Source of the DNA: Negaprion brevirostris
Lineage: Eukaryota
Assembly (NCBI GenBank): GCA_030324005.1
Contig: JARDVH010000128.1
Coordinates: forward strand, 31,519,565-31,583,564
Direction: 5' to 3'
DNA length: 64,000 nucleotides
The position numbers and the translations under genes were made by a program. The notes beneath the pieces are model-generated. The model saw nothing but the letters and a program-made list of their open reading frames with translations, had not been told where the DNA came from and made no database searches. Below are positions 1-11,977 of the stretch, one piece after another. Position 1 is the first letter of the stretch. Each line of letters begins with the position of its first letter.

Positions 1-65
1 TATAGTGTGCAAGAAACAATACTTTTCACTGTATAATACATATGACAATAATAAATCAAATCTTT
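1..65 (+). mobile_element. LINE 3' tail (Rex1/L2-like)
   Basis: gcaagaaacaatacttttcactg...tgacaataataaatcaaat matches the reverse complement of 50730-50790. Confidence 0.55.
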
Positions 66-1479
66 ATTTTATTCACTCACTATTTATTGTAATCCTTTCA
101 TTCTATCATCCTCTGTGCATTGCTGTCACTTTGTGGTTTCTTTCCAGTTCCAGTACGTCTTCAGGCATGTCATTATGCCATTTTGTTAGAGAGTAAAGTA
201 TTACATAAAAAGAAAAGTAGAAGTTGATTATTTCTGAGTCAGTACAGTAGTAAGTTTACCATGTAGATAAACATCTCATTTCATGAATGATTTTGCCTAA
301 TGCTGCTCAGGTCAAATGTTTTAAACCAGCACTGGTATGAATTGAGCTTTGGCTCTTGTCCAACACATGGAACAATGTGGTGCCCAGCTACAATACAATT
401 TGCAACTTGTTGTTTGGTCTCCAGCGCAACCTGCTGACTACTCAGTGTAAATGCATGAGATTCAATACAGCAAAGCTGGTTGTTGCTAGAGTTGGCATTA
501 TTAAAGGAAGTGAAGTAAATGCAGACAGAGTACTTTGTTCAGTCACTAAATAGGCCATCAGCCTTTAAAACTATCTGTAATCAAGATCTACCCTTGGCAG
601 TGGCTAACTCTGCAGGATCACGCAGACTGTTTGAGTGATCACTCGCTTCCCTGTCGATAGAAAAAGATTTCAAGGTTCATGGAGATTTTATCTTTTATTT
701 AGCAAATGCATATCCCTGAGGCCAAGTGATAGTGTTCTTATTTGCTTAATTTAAGGTGACGAGTTGACCACTTAATCCATGGAGGGCATACCCCTCAGTA
801 ATGTGCAGCTTTGTTTGTATCTTGTCACATTTATGGCGTGTTGGGTAACAAAATATCCAATGAAGCTTTACTTGGTAGCTGATGATCCTACTACATTAAG
901 TTATAATATTCAGAGAGCATATTCAATGCCCTAGAAACAGAAGCCTACTCAATGTTGAGACTAGACGAGAGGTTGGGTATTGAGATTCTGCAAGGCAGCT
1001 CTTTTGGAGTCCTTTAATTTATACTTGGAATTCAGACCCTTAAATTCCACAGTTTTCACAAAGCACCTACAAAAGTTTCCAGCATCATATGTGTTTCTTT
1101 TAAAGTTGAGATATAATCATGAAATGGCCATTTGCTATTTAAATTAAATATGTCCAGAAGCTAGACAGATTTCTGTCATTTCTTTCCTTCTCCTTGTCTG
1201 GGAAACCTTTTGATCTGCCTTCCAGCTTAGCCTGAAAACACTTGCTACGCACTGTATTTCAAAAAGATTATTATTAGTGCTGTAACCAAATTACAGTTGC
1301 TGTCATTTGTTTTCAGTGAGGGGGACAAAACCATTCTCATGAAGACTGATACAGCAAAATAAAATCTCACCAATTCAACTTCTGTCTGAAAATGAAATCC
1401 CTAGTTTCTGACCTCCTTCCCCAATTCTTCAACAACTTGTGTTTATAAAGAACCTTGGAAAGCATTTCATCAAAGTTTT

Positions 1480-1800
1480 ATCAAACATATATTAACAACA
1501 AACCCACTAAGATCAAAGAGGTAGGTTTTAAGGACTTTCTCTTAAAGGAAGAAAGAAAGTTACAGAAGTAGAGAAATTTTGGGACATAATTCCAAAGCTC
1601 AGGGCCTTGGCAACTGGAGGTACCAGTGCCAAAGGCACAACAATGGAGATCAGGCATATGCAAGAGACCAGAATTGGAGGAGTGAGGAGATCTTGGAGGG
1701 TGGTTGGACTGGAGAAGATTGGAGAGATGGGGAGTGGTGAGGCTATGGAGGAACTTGAAATCAAGGATAAGAATTAGTTTTATTAGGCATTAGTTGATTG
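1480..1800 (-). mobile_element. L2 LINE 3' fragment
   Basis: Minus-strand ...ssCQGPELWNYVP...LSSFKRKSLKP resembles the L2 ORF2 end (rAFS..aP.lWN.LP...FK..LKT). Related pieces at ~47400-47770 and ~57795-58010. Confidence 0.6.
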
Positions 1801-3313
1801 GGATCCGGGATAGATCAGTGCAGAGAATCTGGTGGGGTAAAAGCAAAATAGTGCGGATGCTAGAGATCTGAAATAGATGCAGAAAGTCGTGGACAAACTC
1901 AGCTAATCTGAAAGCATCTTTGAAGAGAGAAACAGAGTTGACGTTTAAAATCCAATATAACTCCAGTTTGGAACTGCAGGGAGGAAAAAGCCAAAGGGAG
2001 TGGTAATACTTGTAGTGGACAAAGTAAACATTAGTCCAGAATAGCAGAATAAAGTTTAATTCTGTCTGAAAGCAAAAACATGAAAACGAGGCACAAATAG
2101 GCACTTTTGGGGAGACAAAATGGACAGGATTCTTGATCTGAATTTCTTGAACTTAGTTGAGCCCAGAAGGCTCTAAAGAGTCGTATTGGAATATGCGTTG
2201 GTCTTCAGTGGAACAATGCAGCAGGTCGAGGTCCAAAATTGGAGCAAGGTGATAAATTGAAATGGCAAGCAACAAGAAAATTAGGGCCATGCTTGCAATC
2301 TGAGCAGAAGTGTTCCTCGAAAAGGTCACCCAGCTTGGTCTGCCTTTGTGAGCAGTGAATACAGTGGAATCATAGAATCATTGCAACACAGAAGACTTTA
2401 GCCATTGTGTGTGTATTAGCTCTTCTAAGGAGCAACTCACAAGACCATAAGACATAGGAGCCGAATTAGGCCACTCAGCTCATTGAATCTGCTCTGCCAT
2501 TCAATCATGGCTGATATTTTTCTCACCCCCATTCTCCTGCCTTTTCCCCATAACCCCTGATCCCCTTATTAATCNNNNNNNNNNNNNNNNNNNNNNNNNN
2601 NNNNNNNNNNNNNNNNNNNNNNNNNNNNNNNNNNNNNNNNNNNNNNNNNNNNNNNNNNNNNNNNNNNNNNNNNNNNNNNNNNNNNNNNNNNNNNNNNNNN
2701 NNNNNNNNNNNNNNNNNNNNNNNNNNNNNNNNNNNNNNNNNNNNNNNNNNNNNNNNNNNNNNNNNNNNNNNNNNNNNNNNNNNNNNNNNNNNNNNNNNNN
2801 NNNNNNNNNNNNNNNNNNNNNNNNNNNNNNNNNNNNNNNNNNNNNNNNNNNNNNNNNNNNNNNNNNNNNNNNNNNNNNNNNNNNNNNNNNNNNNNNNNNN
2901 NNNNNNNNNNNNNNNNNNNNNNNNNNNNNNNNNNNNNNNNNNNNNNNNNNNNNNNNNNNNNNNNNNNNNNNNNNNNNNNNNNNNNNNNNNNNNNNNNNNN
3001 NNNNNNNNNNNNNNNNNNNNNNNNNNNNNNNNNNNNNNNNNNNNNNNNNNNNNNNNNNNNNNNNNNNNNNNNNNNNNNNNNNNNNNNNNNNNNNNNNNNN
3101 NNNNNNNNNNNNNNNNNNNNNNNNNNNNNNNNNNNNNNNNNNNNNNNNNNNNNNNNNNNNNNNNNNNNNNNNNNNNNNNNNNNNNNNNNNNNNNNNNNNN
3201 NNNNNNNNNNNNNNNNNNNNNNNNNNNNNNNNNNNNNNNNNNNNNNNNNNNNNNNNNNNNNNNNNNNNNNNNNNNNNNNNNNNNNNNNNNNNNNNNNNNN
3301 NNNNNNNNNNNNN

Positions 3314-3767
3314 AGAGGAGATTTACAAGGATGTTGCCTGGATTGGGTGGCATGCCTTATGAGGATAGGTTGAGGGAGCTCGGTCTTTTCCCCTTGGAGA
3401 GACAAGGGATGAGAGGTGACCTGATAGAGGTGTATAAGATGTTGAGAGGTATTGATCAGGTGGATTCTCAGAGACTTTTTCCCAGGGCTGAAATGGCTGC
3501 CACGAGAGGACACCGGTTTAGGGTACTGGGGAGTAGGTACAGAGGAGATGTCAGGGCTAAGTTTTTCACTCAGAGGGTGGTGGATGCATGGAATTGGCTG
3601 CTGGCGGTGGTGGTGGAAGCGGATTCAATAGGGTTTTTTTAAGAGACTTCTGGATGAATACATGGAACTTAATAGGATTGAGGGTTATAGGTAAACCTAG
3701 TAGGTAGAGCTCGGTGCAACTTGTGGGCCGAAGGACCTGTTTGTGCTGTAGTTTTTCTGTGTTCTAA
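3314..3767 (+). mobile_element. CR1 LINE 3' end
   Basis: RRFTRMLPGLGGMPYEDRLRELGLFPLERQGMRGDLIEVYKMLRG...FFTQRVVDAWN, the canonical CR1 ORF2 C-terminus, plus tail. Confidence 0.9.
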
Positions 3768-4796
3768 TACTTCATAGACTATGGACTAAATCTCTGCCCC
3801 CTAGTCATTCACCTTTCCACTATGGGAAATAGGTTCTTCCTTCTATTCAAACCAGATTACTCACAACTTTGTACATCTCAATCAGATCTCCCCTCAGCCT
3901 CCTCTGTTCCAAGGAAAACAACACCAACCTAGTGAATCTTTCCTCATGGCTGCAATTTTCCTGCCCTGGCAACATCCTCATTAATCTCCTCAGCACCCCC
4001 TCTAAGAAAATTGCATTGTTTCTGTAATCAAGTGACTAGAACTGCACAAAGTACTCAAGTTGTAGCCTAATTTTCTTTTCAATAGCTCCAGCATTACCTT
4101 CCTACTCAGCAAATAAAGGAAGACGTTCCATATGCCTTCTTAACCACCTTATCTGTCCTGTTACCTTCAGGGATCTGTGGATATGTATTCCTTTCTTGTT
4201 TGGCCTCCACAAATGCGTCACCTCACACTTTTCCAGGTTGAATTCCATGTGCCACATTTTTGCCCACCATCCAGTTCATTGATATCTTCCTGCAATTTTT
4301 AATTTCCTTCCTCTCAATCAGCCACACAGTCCCTTGCAAACATATTAATCATGCCCTTACATTTAAGAACAAATCATTAATATATACTACAAAAAGCAAA
4401 TGTCCTAGTGCTGAGCCCTGTGGAACCCCACTGGAAACAGCCTTACAGTTGCAAAAACATCTGTCAACCAATACCCTTGTTCCCTGCCATTGACCCATAT
4501 CTGGGAACTGAATATCCAAGGGTGTTTGCTATTTGGGAAGGACAGGCAAAAGGGAAAAGGAGGTAGGATAGTGCACTAATTTCATCCTTAACTAACAACA
4601 CCACCCTCCTTCCTTTTCCCTTTTGCCTGTCCTTCCTAAATAGCAAACACCATTGGATGTTCAATTCCCAGATTTGGCTCAGTGGCATAGAATGTGATAG
4701 AAGGGACAACTAGCAAAGAGCCATCCTCCTGACATACTACCAATTCCATGTGCTTTAATTTTGCACACTGACCTATTGTGTGGGACTTTATCAAAT

Positions 4797-4915
4797 CGTA
4801 GAATCCCTACAGTGCAGAAGGAGGCCGTTTAGCCCATCGAATCTGCACTGACCACAATTCCACCCAGGCCGTATTCCTGTAACCCCCTATGTTTACCCTG
4901 CAAATCCCCCGACAC
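4797..4915 (-). mobile_element. HE1-type SINE, 3' half
   Basis: Reverse complement of the tail seen at 17700-17826. Confidence 0.75.
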
Positions 4916-5275
4916 ATGGAATTAGCAGTTAGATACTGGAATAGATTGAGACTTGGTTATCAGGCAGGAAATGAGAGAGCAGGAATAAATGGGTAGTTTT
5001 TGAAGTGGCAGGAGGTGCTTGCTGGGGTCCCACAAGGATCGGTGTTTGGGCCCCAGTTACAATATACATCAGTGATTTGGATGAGCAAACCAAATGAATA
5101 TTTCCAAGTTTTCTAATGATACAAAACTTGGTGGAAATGACAGTAGCGAGGATGTTAAGAGGCTTCAGGATGATTTAAAGCAAGTGGGCAAATCATAACA
5201 GATGCAGTATAACTTCGGACAGTGAAACAGAATGGCAGAATATTATTTAAAAGATGATAGATTGGGAAATGTTTG

Positions 5276-5530
5276 AAGTTGATTTATTGGTGTCACAAGT
5301 AGGCTAATATTAACACTAATGAAGTTACTGTGAAAATCCTCCAGCTGCCACACTCCGGCACCTGTTCTGGTACACGGAGGGAGAATTTAGCATGGCCAAT
5401 GCACCTAACCAGTATTTCTTTCAGACTGTGGGAGGAAACCGGATCACCTGGAAGAAACCCACACAGACACGAAAAGAACATGCAAACTCCGCACAGACAT
5501 TGTCCCTAGCTGAGGATTGAACCCGGGTTC
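5276..5530 (-). mobile_element. SINE with HE1-like head/core but a different tail (..gcctacttgtgacac..aataaa)
   Basis: Same gagtttgca..ttct and ttggccatgctaaatt core as HE1. The tail matches copies at 8076-8197 and 38456-38603. It interrupts a CR1 RT fragment. Confidence 0.75.
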
Positions 5531-6864
5531 CATTGATGTACAAAGGGATCTGGGTGTCCTTGTATACCAGTTACTGAAAATAAGCATGCAGGTATGGCAA
5601 GCAATTAGGGAGACAAGTGGTATATTGGCCTTTATTGTAAGGAACTTGAATACAAGAGAAAGGATGTCATATTGCAGCTGTACAGGGCCTTGGTGAGATC
5701 ACACCTGGAATATCGTGTGCAATTTTGGTCTCCTTATCTAAGAAAGCCATAGAGGGAGTGCAGCCAAGATTCATCAGAATGGTTCATGGGATGGCAGACT
5801 TATTGTATGAGTAGAGATTGGTTCGACTGGGCCTGTTTTCACTAGAGTTTAGAAGAATAAGAGGGGATATAAATATGGACAGAGTGGATGCAGGGATGTT
5901 GCTCCCTCTGGCAGGGGGTGGGAGGGTTGTCTAGGACAAAGGTTCACAGTCTCAGAATTTGGGATAGGTACTTGGTACTGAAATAAGGAGAAACTTCTTC
6001 ATTTAGAGGGTGTGGAACATGTGGAATTCTCTACCACAGAAGGCTGTGAAGACCAAGTAACTGAATATATTTAAGAAGAAAATAGATAAAGGGGTATGAG
6101 GAGAGTGAACAGTTATGGTGTTCAAGTAGAGGATTAAATGGTGGAGAGGACACGAAAGGCCAGATTTCTGCTCCTGCTCCTATTTCCTATGTCTTCTGCA
6201 AGCTAATTTTGTATCCAGCTTGCTGCATTTTCCTGGGCTTTATGTTTTCTTAACCAATATGCCATGTGGGACCTTGTTAAAGCCTTGCTGAAATCCATGC
6301 AGACCACATGAGTTGTATTACCCTCATTAAACCTCCTTGTTACCTCCTCAAAAAATTCAATGAAGTTGATCTTCGCTTAATAAATCCATGCTGTTTGTCC
6401 TTGATTACTCTGCCGCTCAAAGTGACAGTTTATCCTGTCATTCTAATAATTTGCGTATGACCAAAGTTAGACTGGTCCATAATTATTAGGTCTATCTCTC
6501 ACTCCGTTTTTAGTCAAATGTACAATATTAGCAAACCTCTGGCGCCAAAACTGCATCCAGAGAGGATAGGGAAATAATGGCCTGCTATTTCCTCCCTGTC
6601 TTCCTTTAAAACTGTGGGATAGATTTTATCCAACTCGAGTATTACTTTCAAGGATGCTAATTTCCTTTATACTTCTTCTCTCCCTCTGTTTATCACATTC
6701 AATATTTCATACTCCATCTTGTTAACAACAATGTCTGCATCAGCCCTCTCTTTCGTGAAGATAGACTCAAAGTATTCATTAAGAACAATTCCCATACCCA
6801 CCTCTATACATTGGTTATCTTTTTGGTTTTTTTGGGGCCCTACTCTTTTGTAAATTAAATTGAA

Positions 6865-8070
6865 AGAAGTATCAGTATATTGCTGCATCACTTGAAAGGT
6901 GTGTTTAGACCTTGAATATTGAGAAGAGACAAGGTAAATGGACAAGTGTTACACCTGTGATTGCATGGGAGGATGTTGTGGGAAGGGGATAAGGTGTTGG
7001 GGGTGAAAGAGCTGTGGACTAGGATGTTCTGGGGGAACGGCCCCTTCAGAATGCTGACAGGGGATTGGAAGATGTATTTGGTAGTGGCATCTTTCTAGAG
7101 TTGGCAGAAATGAGGAGGATGTACATGGAGACTGGTGGGATGGAAAATGAGAATCAGGGAAACCCTATTATTCTCAGAGGGAGGGGACAGGGTGAGGGCA
7201 GAAGTATGTGAAATGTATCAGATATGTTTGAGGGGCCTGTCGATCAAAGTGAGGGGGGAAATCCTTGTTTGAGGAAAAAGGAAGTTAGGTTGGAAACACC
7301 TTTGTGGAAGATAGCATCATCAGAATAGGTTCAAGGGAGATTAAGAAACTGGGAGAATGCAATAGAGTATTACAGAAAACAGTGTGTGTAGTCAAAATAG
7401 CAGTGGGAATCAGTGGGCATGTAATGAATATTAGTAGATAGTTTACCCCAGAAATGGACACAGCAAAGTCAAAGAAGGGAAATGTTAATGTTGGACCATG
7501 TGCAGATGAGAACAAGTTGGAAATTGAACGCAAATTTAGTAACTTTTTCCACTTCTGGATGACAGCAGGAGTAGCACTAATGCATCATCAATGTCCTGGA
7601 GAAAGTTGCACAAAGGAATTTGATAAGACTAGAGCAAGGAACATTCTACATACTCTAAAAATACTGACACATCTAAGACCTAGACAGTTGCCATAGCCAC
7701 ACCTTTTACTTAGAGGAAGAATAAATTATTCAATGAGAGAACAAGTTCAGCCTGGCGGAGGAGGGTGATGCTGGATAGGGACTATTCAGGCCTCTGTTCA
7801 AGAAGCAGAAAACTCTCAGACTATTCTGCTGGGGGATAGAGGTGTGGAGGGATTAGACAGTCCATAGTGAAGAGAAGACAGTTATTACCAGGAATTTGGA
7901 AATTTTTGAAATAATGTTGGAGGTCATTAGAATCACAAAGTTAGGTAAGAAGAGACTGGAGAAGGAGAAGAAAAATACGGTCAAGATAGGAAGAAATAAT
8001 TTGAGTGAGTCAGGAACAGGCTGAAGTGATGGGTCTACCAGGACAGTTCTGTTTGTGGATTTTGGGAAGA
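6865..8070 (-). mobile_element. Decayed Penelope-like element (RT to GIY-YIG N-terminus)
   Basis: Minus-strand remnants HRCNTCPF, HTFQVMQQY, ysiafsqfl and a (g)vamat-like RT motif near 7690. Confidence 0.6.
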
Positions 8071-8075
8071 AAGTA

Positions 8076-8197
8076 AAAGTTCATTTATTAGTGTCACAGG
8101 TAGGCTTACATTAACACTGCAGTGAAGTTACTGTGAGAATCCCCTGGTCGCCACACTTTGCCTGTTTGGGTATACTGAGGGAGAATTTAGCATGGTC
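8076..8197 (-). mobile_element. 3' part of the alternative-tail SINE
   Basis: aagttcatttattagtgtcacaggtaggcttacattaacactgc... nearly identical to 5276-5400; runs into an N gap. Confidence 0.7.
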
Positions 8198-8297
8198 NNN
8201 NNNNNNNNNNNNNNNNNNNNNNNNNNNNNNNNNNNNNNNNNNNNNNNNNNNNNNNNNNNNNNNNNNNNNNNNNNNNNNNNNNNNNNNNNNNNNNNNN

Positions 8298-8436
8298 GGT
8301 GAGATACAGAGTAAAGCTCCCTCTACACTGTCCCCCCCATCAAACACTCCCTGGACAGTTACAGCACGGGGTTAGATACAGAGTAAAGCTTCCTCATCGC
8401 TGTCCCCATCAAATTCTCCCAGGACAGGTACAGCAC
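8298..8436. repeat. Tandem ~70-bp repeat (at least 2 units, running into an N gap)
   Basis: Unit ggttagatacagagtaaagctccctctacactgtccccatcaaacactcccaggacaggtacagcac. Degenerate relatives at ~29475-29560 and ~40010-40160. Confidence 0.8.
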
Positions 8437-8439
8437 AGA

Positions 8440-9085
8440 AAAAGCTGGAAAATCTCAGCAGATCTGACATCACCTGTAGAGTAAGAACGGAGCCAACATT
8501 TCAGAGCTTAGAGCAAAGAAAACCAGGGGTCGGGGCTGTAATAGGACATAGGGAATGTGAGTGAGGAAGAATAAGGCTGAGAGAGATGCTAAACATGTCC
8601 ATTTAGTGATGAGAATGCGTGAATGGTTTTCCAGGGGTACAGATGGTGAAGGGAGCTAAAGGAGTGGTGGGGGGGGGTGGTGTAGGGAATGGGGGTGCAA
8701 GTAGGATAGCCAGAATGGAGAAGTGGGAAAGAAGGATGATAAAAATGCATGAATGAATTGAAGAGGAGAAATGGGAATGGGGTAACGGTGGAGGAGCGAG
8801 TCCACGCTCTGAAGTTGTTCAACTCAAGTGTTCAGTCCGGAAGGCTGTAAAGTGCCTAATCAGAAGATGAGGTGCTGTTCCTCCAGTTTGCGTTGGGCTT
8901 CACTGGAACATTGCAGCAGGCCAAGGATGGACATGTGAGCAGGAGAGCAGGGTGGTGTGTGTTGATGTGGCAAGCGACTGGGAGGACTGGGTCCTGCTTG
9001 CGGACAGACTATAGATTTTCAGCAAACTGGTCACCCAGACTGCGTTTAGTCTCCCTGATGTGGAGTAGGCCGCATTGGAAGCAGA
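8440..9085 (-). mobile_element. Penelope-like element, GIY-YIG C-terminus and tail
   Basis: Minus strand reads HIRETKRSLGDQFAENL*SVRKQDPVLPVACH...GLLQCSSEAQRKLEEQHLIF*LGTLQPSGLN. A related, more decayed copy lies at ~1840-2370. Confidence 0.75.
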
Positions 9086-9092
9086 GGTCTAT

Positions 9093-9400
9093 TGCACACT
9101 GCTGCCCCCTCACAGCACCAGGGACTCGGGTTCAATCCCACTCTCGGGTCACTGGCTGCGTGGAGTTTGCACATTCTCACTGTGTCTACGTAGGTTTCCT
9201 CCGGGTGTTCTGGTTTCCTCCTACAGTCCAAAGATGTGCAGATTAGTTGGAACACTTGTCCCTTAGTGTTCTGCGGTTAGGGCAATTAGCAAGGTAAATA
9301 TGTGGGGTTACTGGGATAAGGCCTGGGTGAGATTGTTGTCGATTCAGGCTTGATGGGCTGAATGGCCCCTTTCTGCACTGTTAGGATTTTATGATTCTGT
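9093..9400 (+). mobile_element. HE1-type SINE
   Basis: B-box gggttcaatccc, gagtttgcacattctc core, tail ttctgcactgttaggattttatgattc. Confidence 0.8.
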
Positions 9401-9414
9401 AAGGTAGGACCAAA

Positions 9415-9678
9415 GAATAAGGAACAAAGAGAATTACAGCACAGGAGCAGGTCCTTCGGCCCTCCAAACCTACACTGACCGTGCTACCCGACTGAACTAA
9501 AACTCCCTATCCTTCCGGGGACCATATCCCTCTATTCCCATCCTATTTGTGTATTTGTCAAGACATCCTTAAAAGTCATTGTGTCTGCTTCCACTACCTC
9601 CCCCTGGCAGCAAGTTCCAGGCACCCACCACCCTCTGTGTAAAAAAAAACTTGCCTTGTACATTTCCTTTTAATCCTT
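9415..9678 (-). mobile_element. CR1 LINE 3' tail (younger subfamily)
   Basis: Reverse complement of the tail at 34735-34875 and 23780-23905. Confidence 0.8.
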
Positions 9679-9897
9679 GAAGGTTTCAGCAGCAATCTCC
9701 ACACACTTTCATTAACCTCTGTCAGCGGCTACTAATGAGGTGCATTAGAGCAGCCCAGGTATGCCCAGCCTTTTTCCACCTTGGCATTTCATAATGATGA
9801 CACATTGGAAATGTGGCATCAATATAAGTGTTCAAATAGTAGCTAGTTAGAGATAATATAAATGTAAGCCAATCTGTTTAAATATTGTGTATGGCAT

Positions 9898-10719
9898 TGT
9901 GACAAACTTCACTTCCTTTGAATCACAATTTTGCAAGTCAATATTTAACATTTGTCATGAACTCTGAATTTTACAAGACACCTATGTTTTCAAATATATC
10001 TTTAACTCAAAGTAAAACAGAATTGCAGATAAACGCAGTTGGAGACATGTCCGCATGATCCAGTTGCCATGACCAGAGAACTAAAATAGAAACCCATGGA
10101 AGTATTGGGTACCAATTTTAACACCTTTGCACAGTATCTTAGAGAAAAAAGGACAGCTGCTGTTTGAAATGCAAAGACAAAGAAACTACTGCTGTGGAGA
10201 AGTAGGAGAAATATTTTATGTTGACAATTATACAGGATACTTGTGAGAGTTCAATTTCTGTTGAAAAGGAAGGAAAGAGAATAAGGCTGTTGAAGGGGAG
10301 TCACCGAGGTGTGCCTTACTAGTGATAATTGGATCCAGAAAACTCAAATATGGAGTGGAACAGTTATCAAAGGACAATCTGGAAATTCCAACCCAGCATG
10401 GGGGGAGAAAAGTGAACCCGCTGGAGATCTGAGAGTAACTGTGGGACAGTTCCTGCAATACTAGCTATTTGCCAGAAGTAGGGGGCACAGCAAAAGGATT
10501 TCATGAGACATATCTCAGTTGCGTTGGTTAGTTAATGTGAAAATATCTTTTCTTTCATTTAATGTATGAGTGGCCTGTTAAAGAACACTCATCTATGTTT
10601 GTTTTGGTTTGTTACAGTAAAAGTCTTAAAATATGAAATCATACTCTTGGGTTCTGTCAGTTGCTGGGAGGAATAATTTATCTTTCTTAAAATGATCGGT
10701 CTCTATGGGGATCATAGCA
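9898..10719 (+). mobile_element. Probable solo LTR
   Basis: TGTGAC start, gggatcatagCA end, and an agtaaa-type signal near the 3' end. No matching TSD and no second copy in the window. Confidence 0.4.
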
Positions 10720-11214
10720 TGTTGAAACTGTCTTGTCAACTACAGTGGCAGAAGCCTCCTTAACACACCAACATTTCCATCCCCTATCCCAGGCAAGGAG
10801 GAAACAATGACTGCACTATTTTCAGCCCACTAAGGTTTTCACTTTAACAAGAGGAGGGGCAGTACAGTGCAACTAACAAGCAGGGTGCTGTGATGCCCTT
10901 CCTGGAAGTTTATCAAAAAATTTTAAAATTGCATAATTTCATATTTGATATTTTGTTGGGGTTTTCTTTTTCTTGAATACTGTTTCTATGTGATCTCCCA
11001 TACTGCTGGTGTGACTTGAGCAGACGATGGATGCAAACTTGTTTCTCTAGGGTTTACGTTAATCTCCTGCATTGGGTGTAGCTGAGTGTGGGTTCACAGC
11101 TTCCCTCTAGCACATCTTCCAAAATGGCAATTCTTGTGAGCTTTGTTGTGCTGAGGTTATCCAATAATAGTCAAGAACATGAATCCTACCCTAATTTACC
11201 TTGTCAGCCCATGG

Positions 11215-11977
11215 AAATTATAATTACCACCTCAATTAAAATCAGTAATGCTCAAGAGTAAGTGAACCTTGCTCAACACTACCAAGGCCGCATGGCTGTA
11301 AGACCTCATTGTAACTATGGTCCAAACATGAACGAAAGAGGTGAATTGTAGTTGTGAGGTGAGAGTATTTACTCCTGTCGTCAAAGTAGCATTTTATTTA
11401 GCCTGGCATGAAGGAGCCCTGACAAATTGAAGTCATTGGAAATTGGCAGGTGGGGTAAACTCACTGTTGCTTGGAGTCACCTCTACACCAAGGAATACAG
11501 TTGTGGTTGTTGGAGGCCAATCGCGTAGCCTCAGGACATTGTTGCAGGAGGTCCTCCAGGTAATGTCTCAGGTCCAATTATCTCCAGCTGCTTCAGAATT
11601 ACCTTCCCTCTACCATTAGGTAATGTGTTTGCTGTGTTCAGTACCATTTTCAACTCCTTAGATACTGAAGCAATCTCTGCCCATGTGCAGGAAGACAACA
11701 TTCAAGCTTGGGTCTGATAAGTGGCAAAACATTCGCTTTCCACAAGTGCCAAACAGTAACCTTTTCCAACAAGAGATCCAATCTGGCCATCTCCTCTTGA
11801 GTTCAGTGATATTACCTTCACTGAAAACCCCATCCTTAAGAACCGACAGGTTACCGTTGACATGGACTGCAGCAGTTTAGCAGACAGCTCAGCACTGTCT
11901 TTTCAAAAGCAATTAAGGATGTGTAATAAATGCTGGCATTGCTCACGACGCTCATGTTCCCTGAATGAATTAAAAAA
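11215..11977 (+). mobile_element. Decayed CR1/L2-clade LINE 3' region (RT and tail)
   Basis: RT-like vvvggq/GPIISSCFRITFP remnants and tail aataaatgctggcattgctcacgacgctcatgttccctgaatgaatt. Related pieces at ~57430-57645 and ~60700-61110. Confidence 0.6.

Larger units (their letters stand above)
3775..6830. mobile_element. Nested stack of CR1 fragments: a minus-strand CR1 (3775-4795 and ~6195-6830) interrupted by a plus-strand CR1 (~4917-6193) and by SINEs
   Basis: Plus-strand GVPQGSVFGP (~5024) and SKFSNDTKLG-type RT motifs. Minus-strand SGVPQGSALG (~4410-4440) and VLNEYFESIFTKE (~6750-6790). Confidence 0.8.

Noticed and set aside
2523-3513. Long ORFs of 276 and 314 aa in the ORF track
   Set aside because: They are artefacts of translating through the N gap (2575-3313); the flanks are CR1. 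The same applies to ORFs crossing the gaps near 8200, 37600, 43620, 50300 and 55460.
8298-8436. Repeat array resembling CRISPR
   Set aside because: The units are head-to-tail with no unique spacers, the context is vertebrate, and there are no cas genes.
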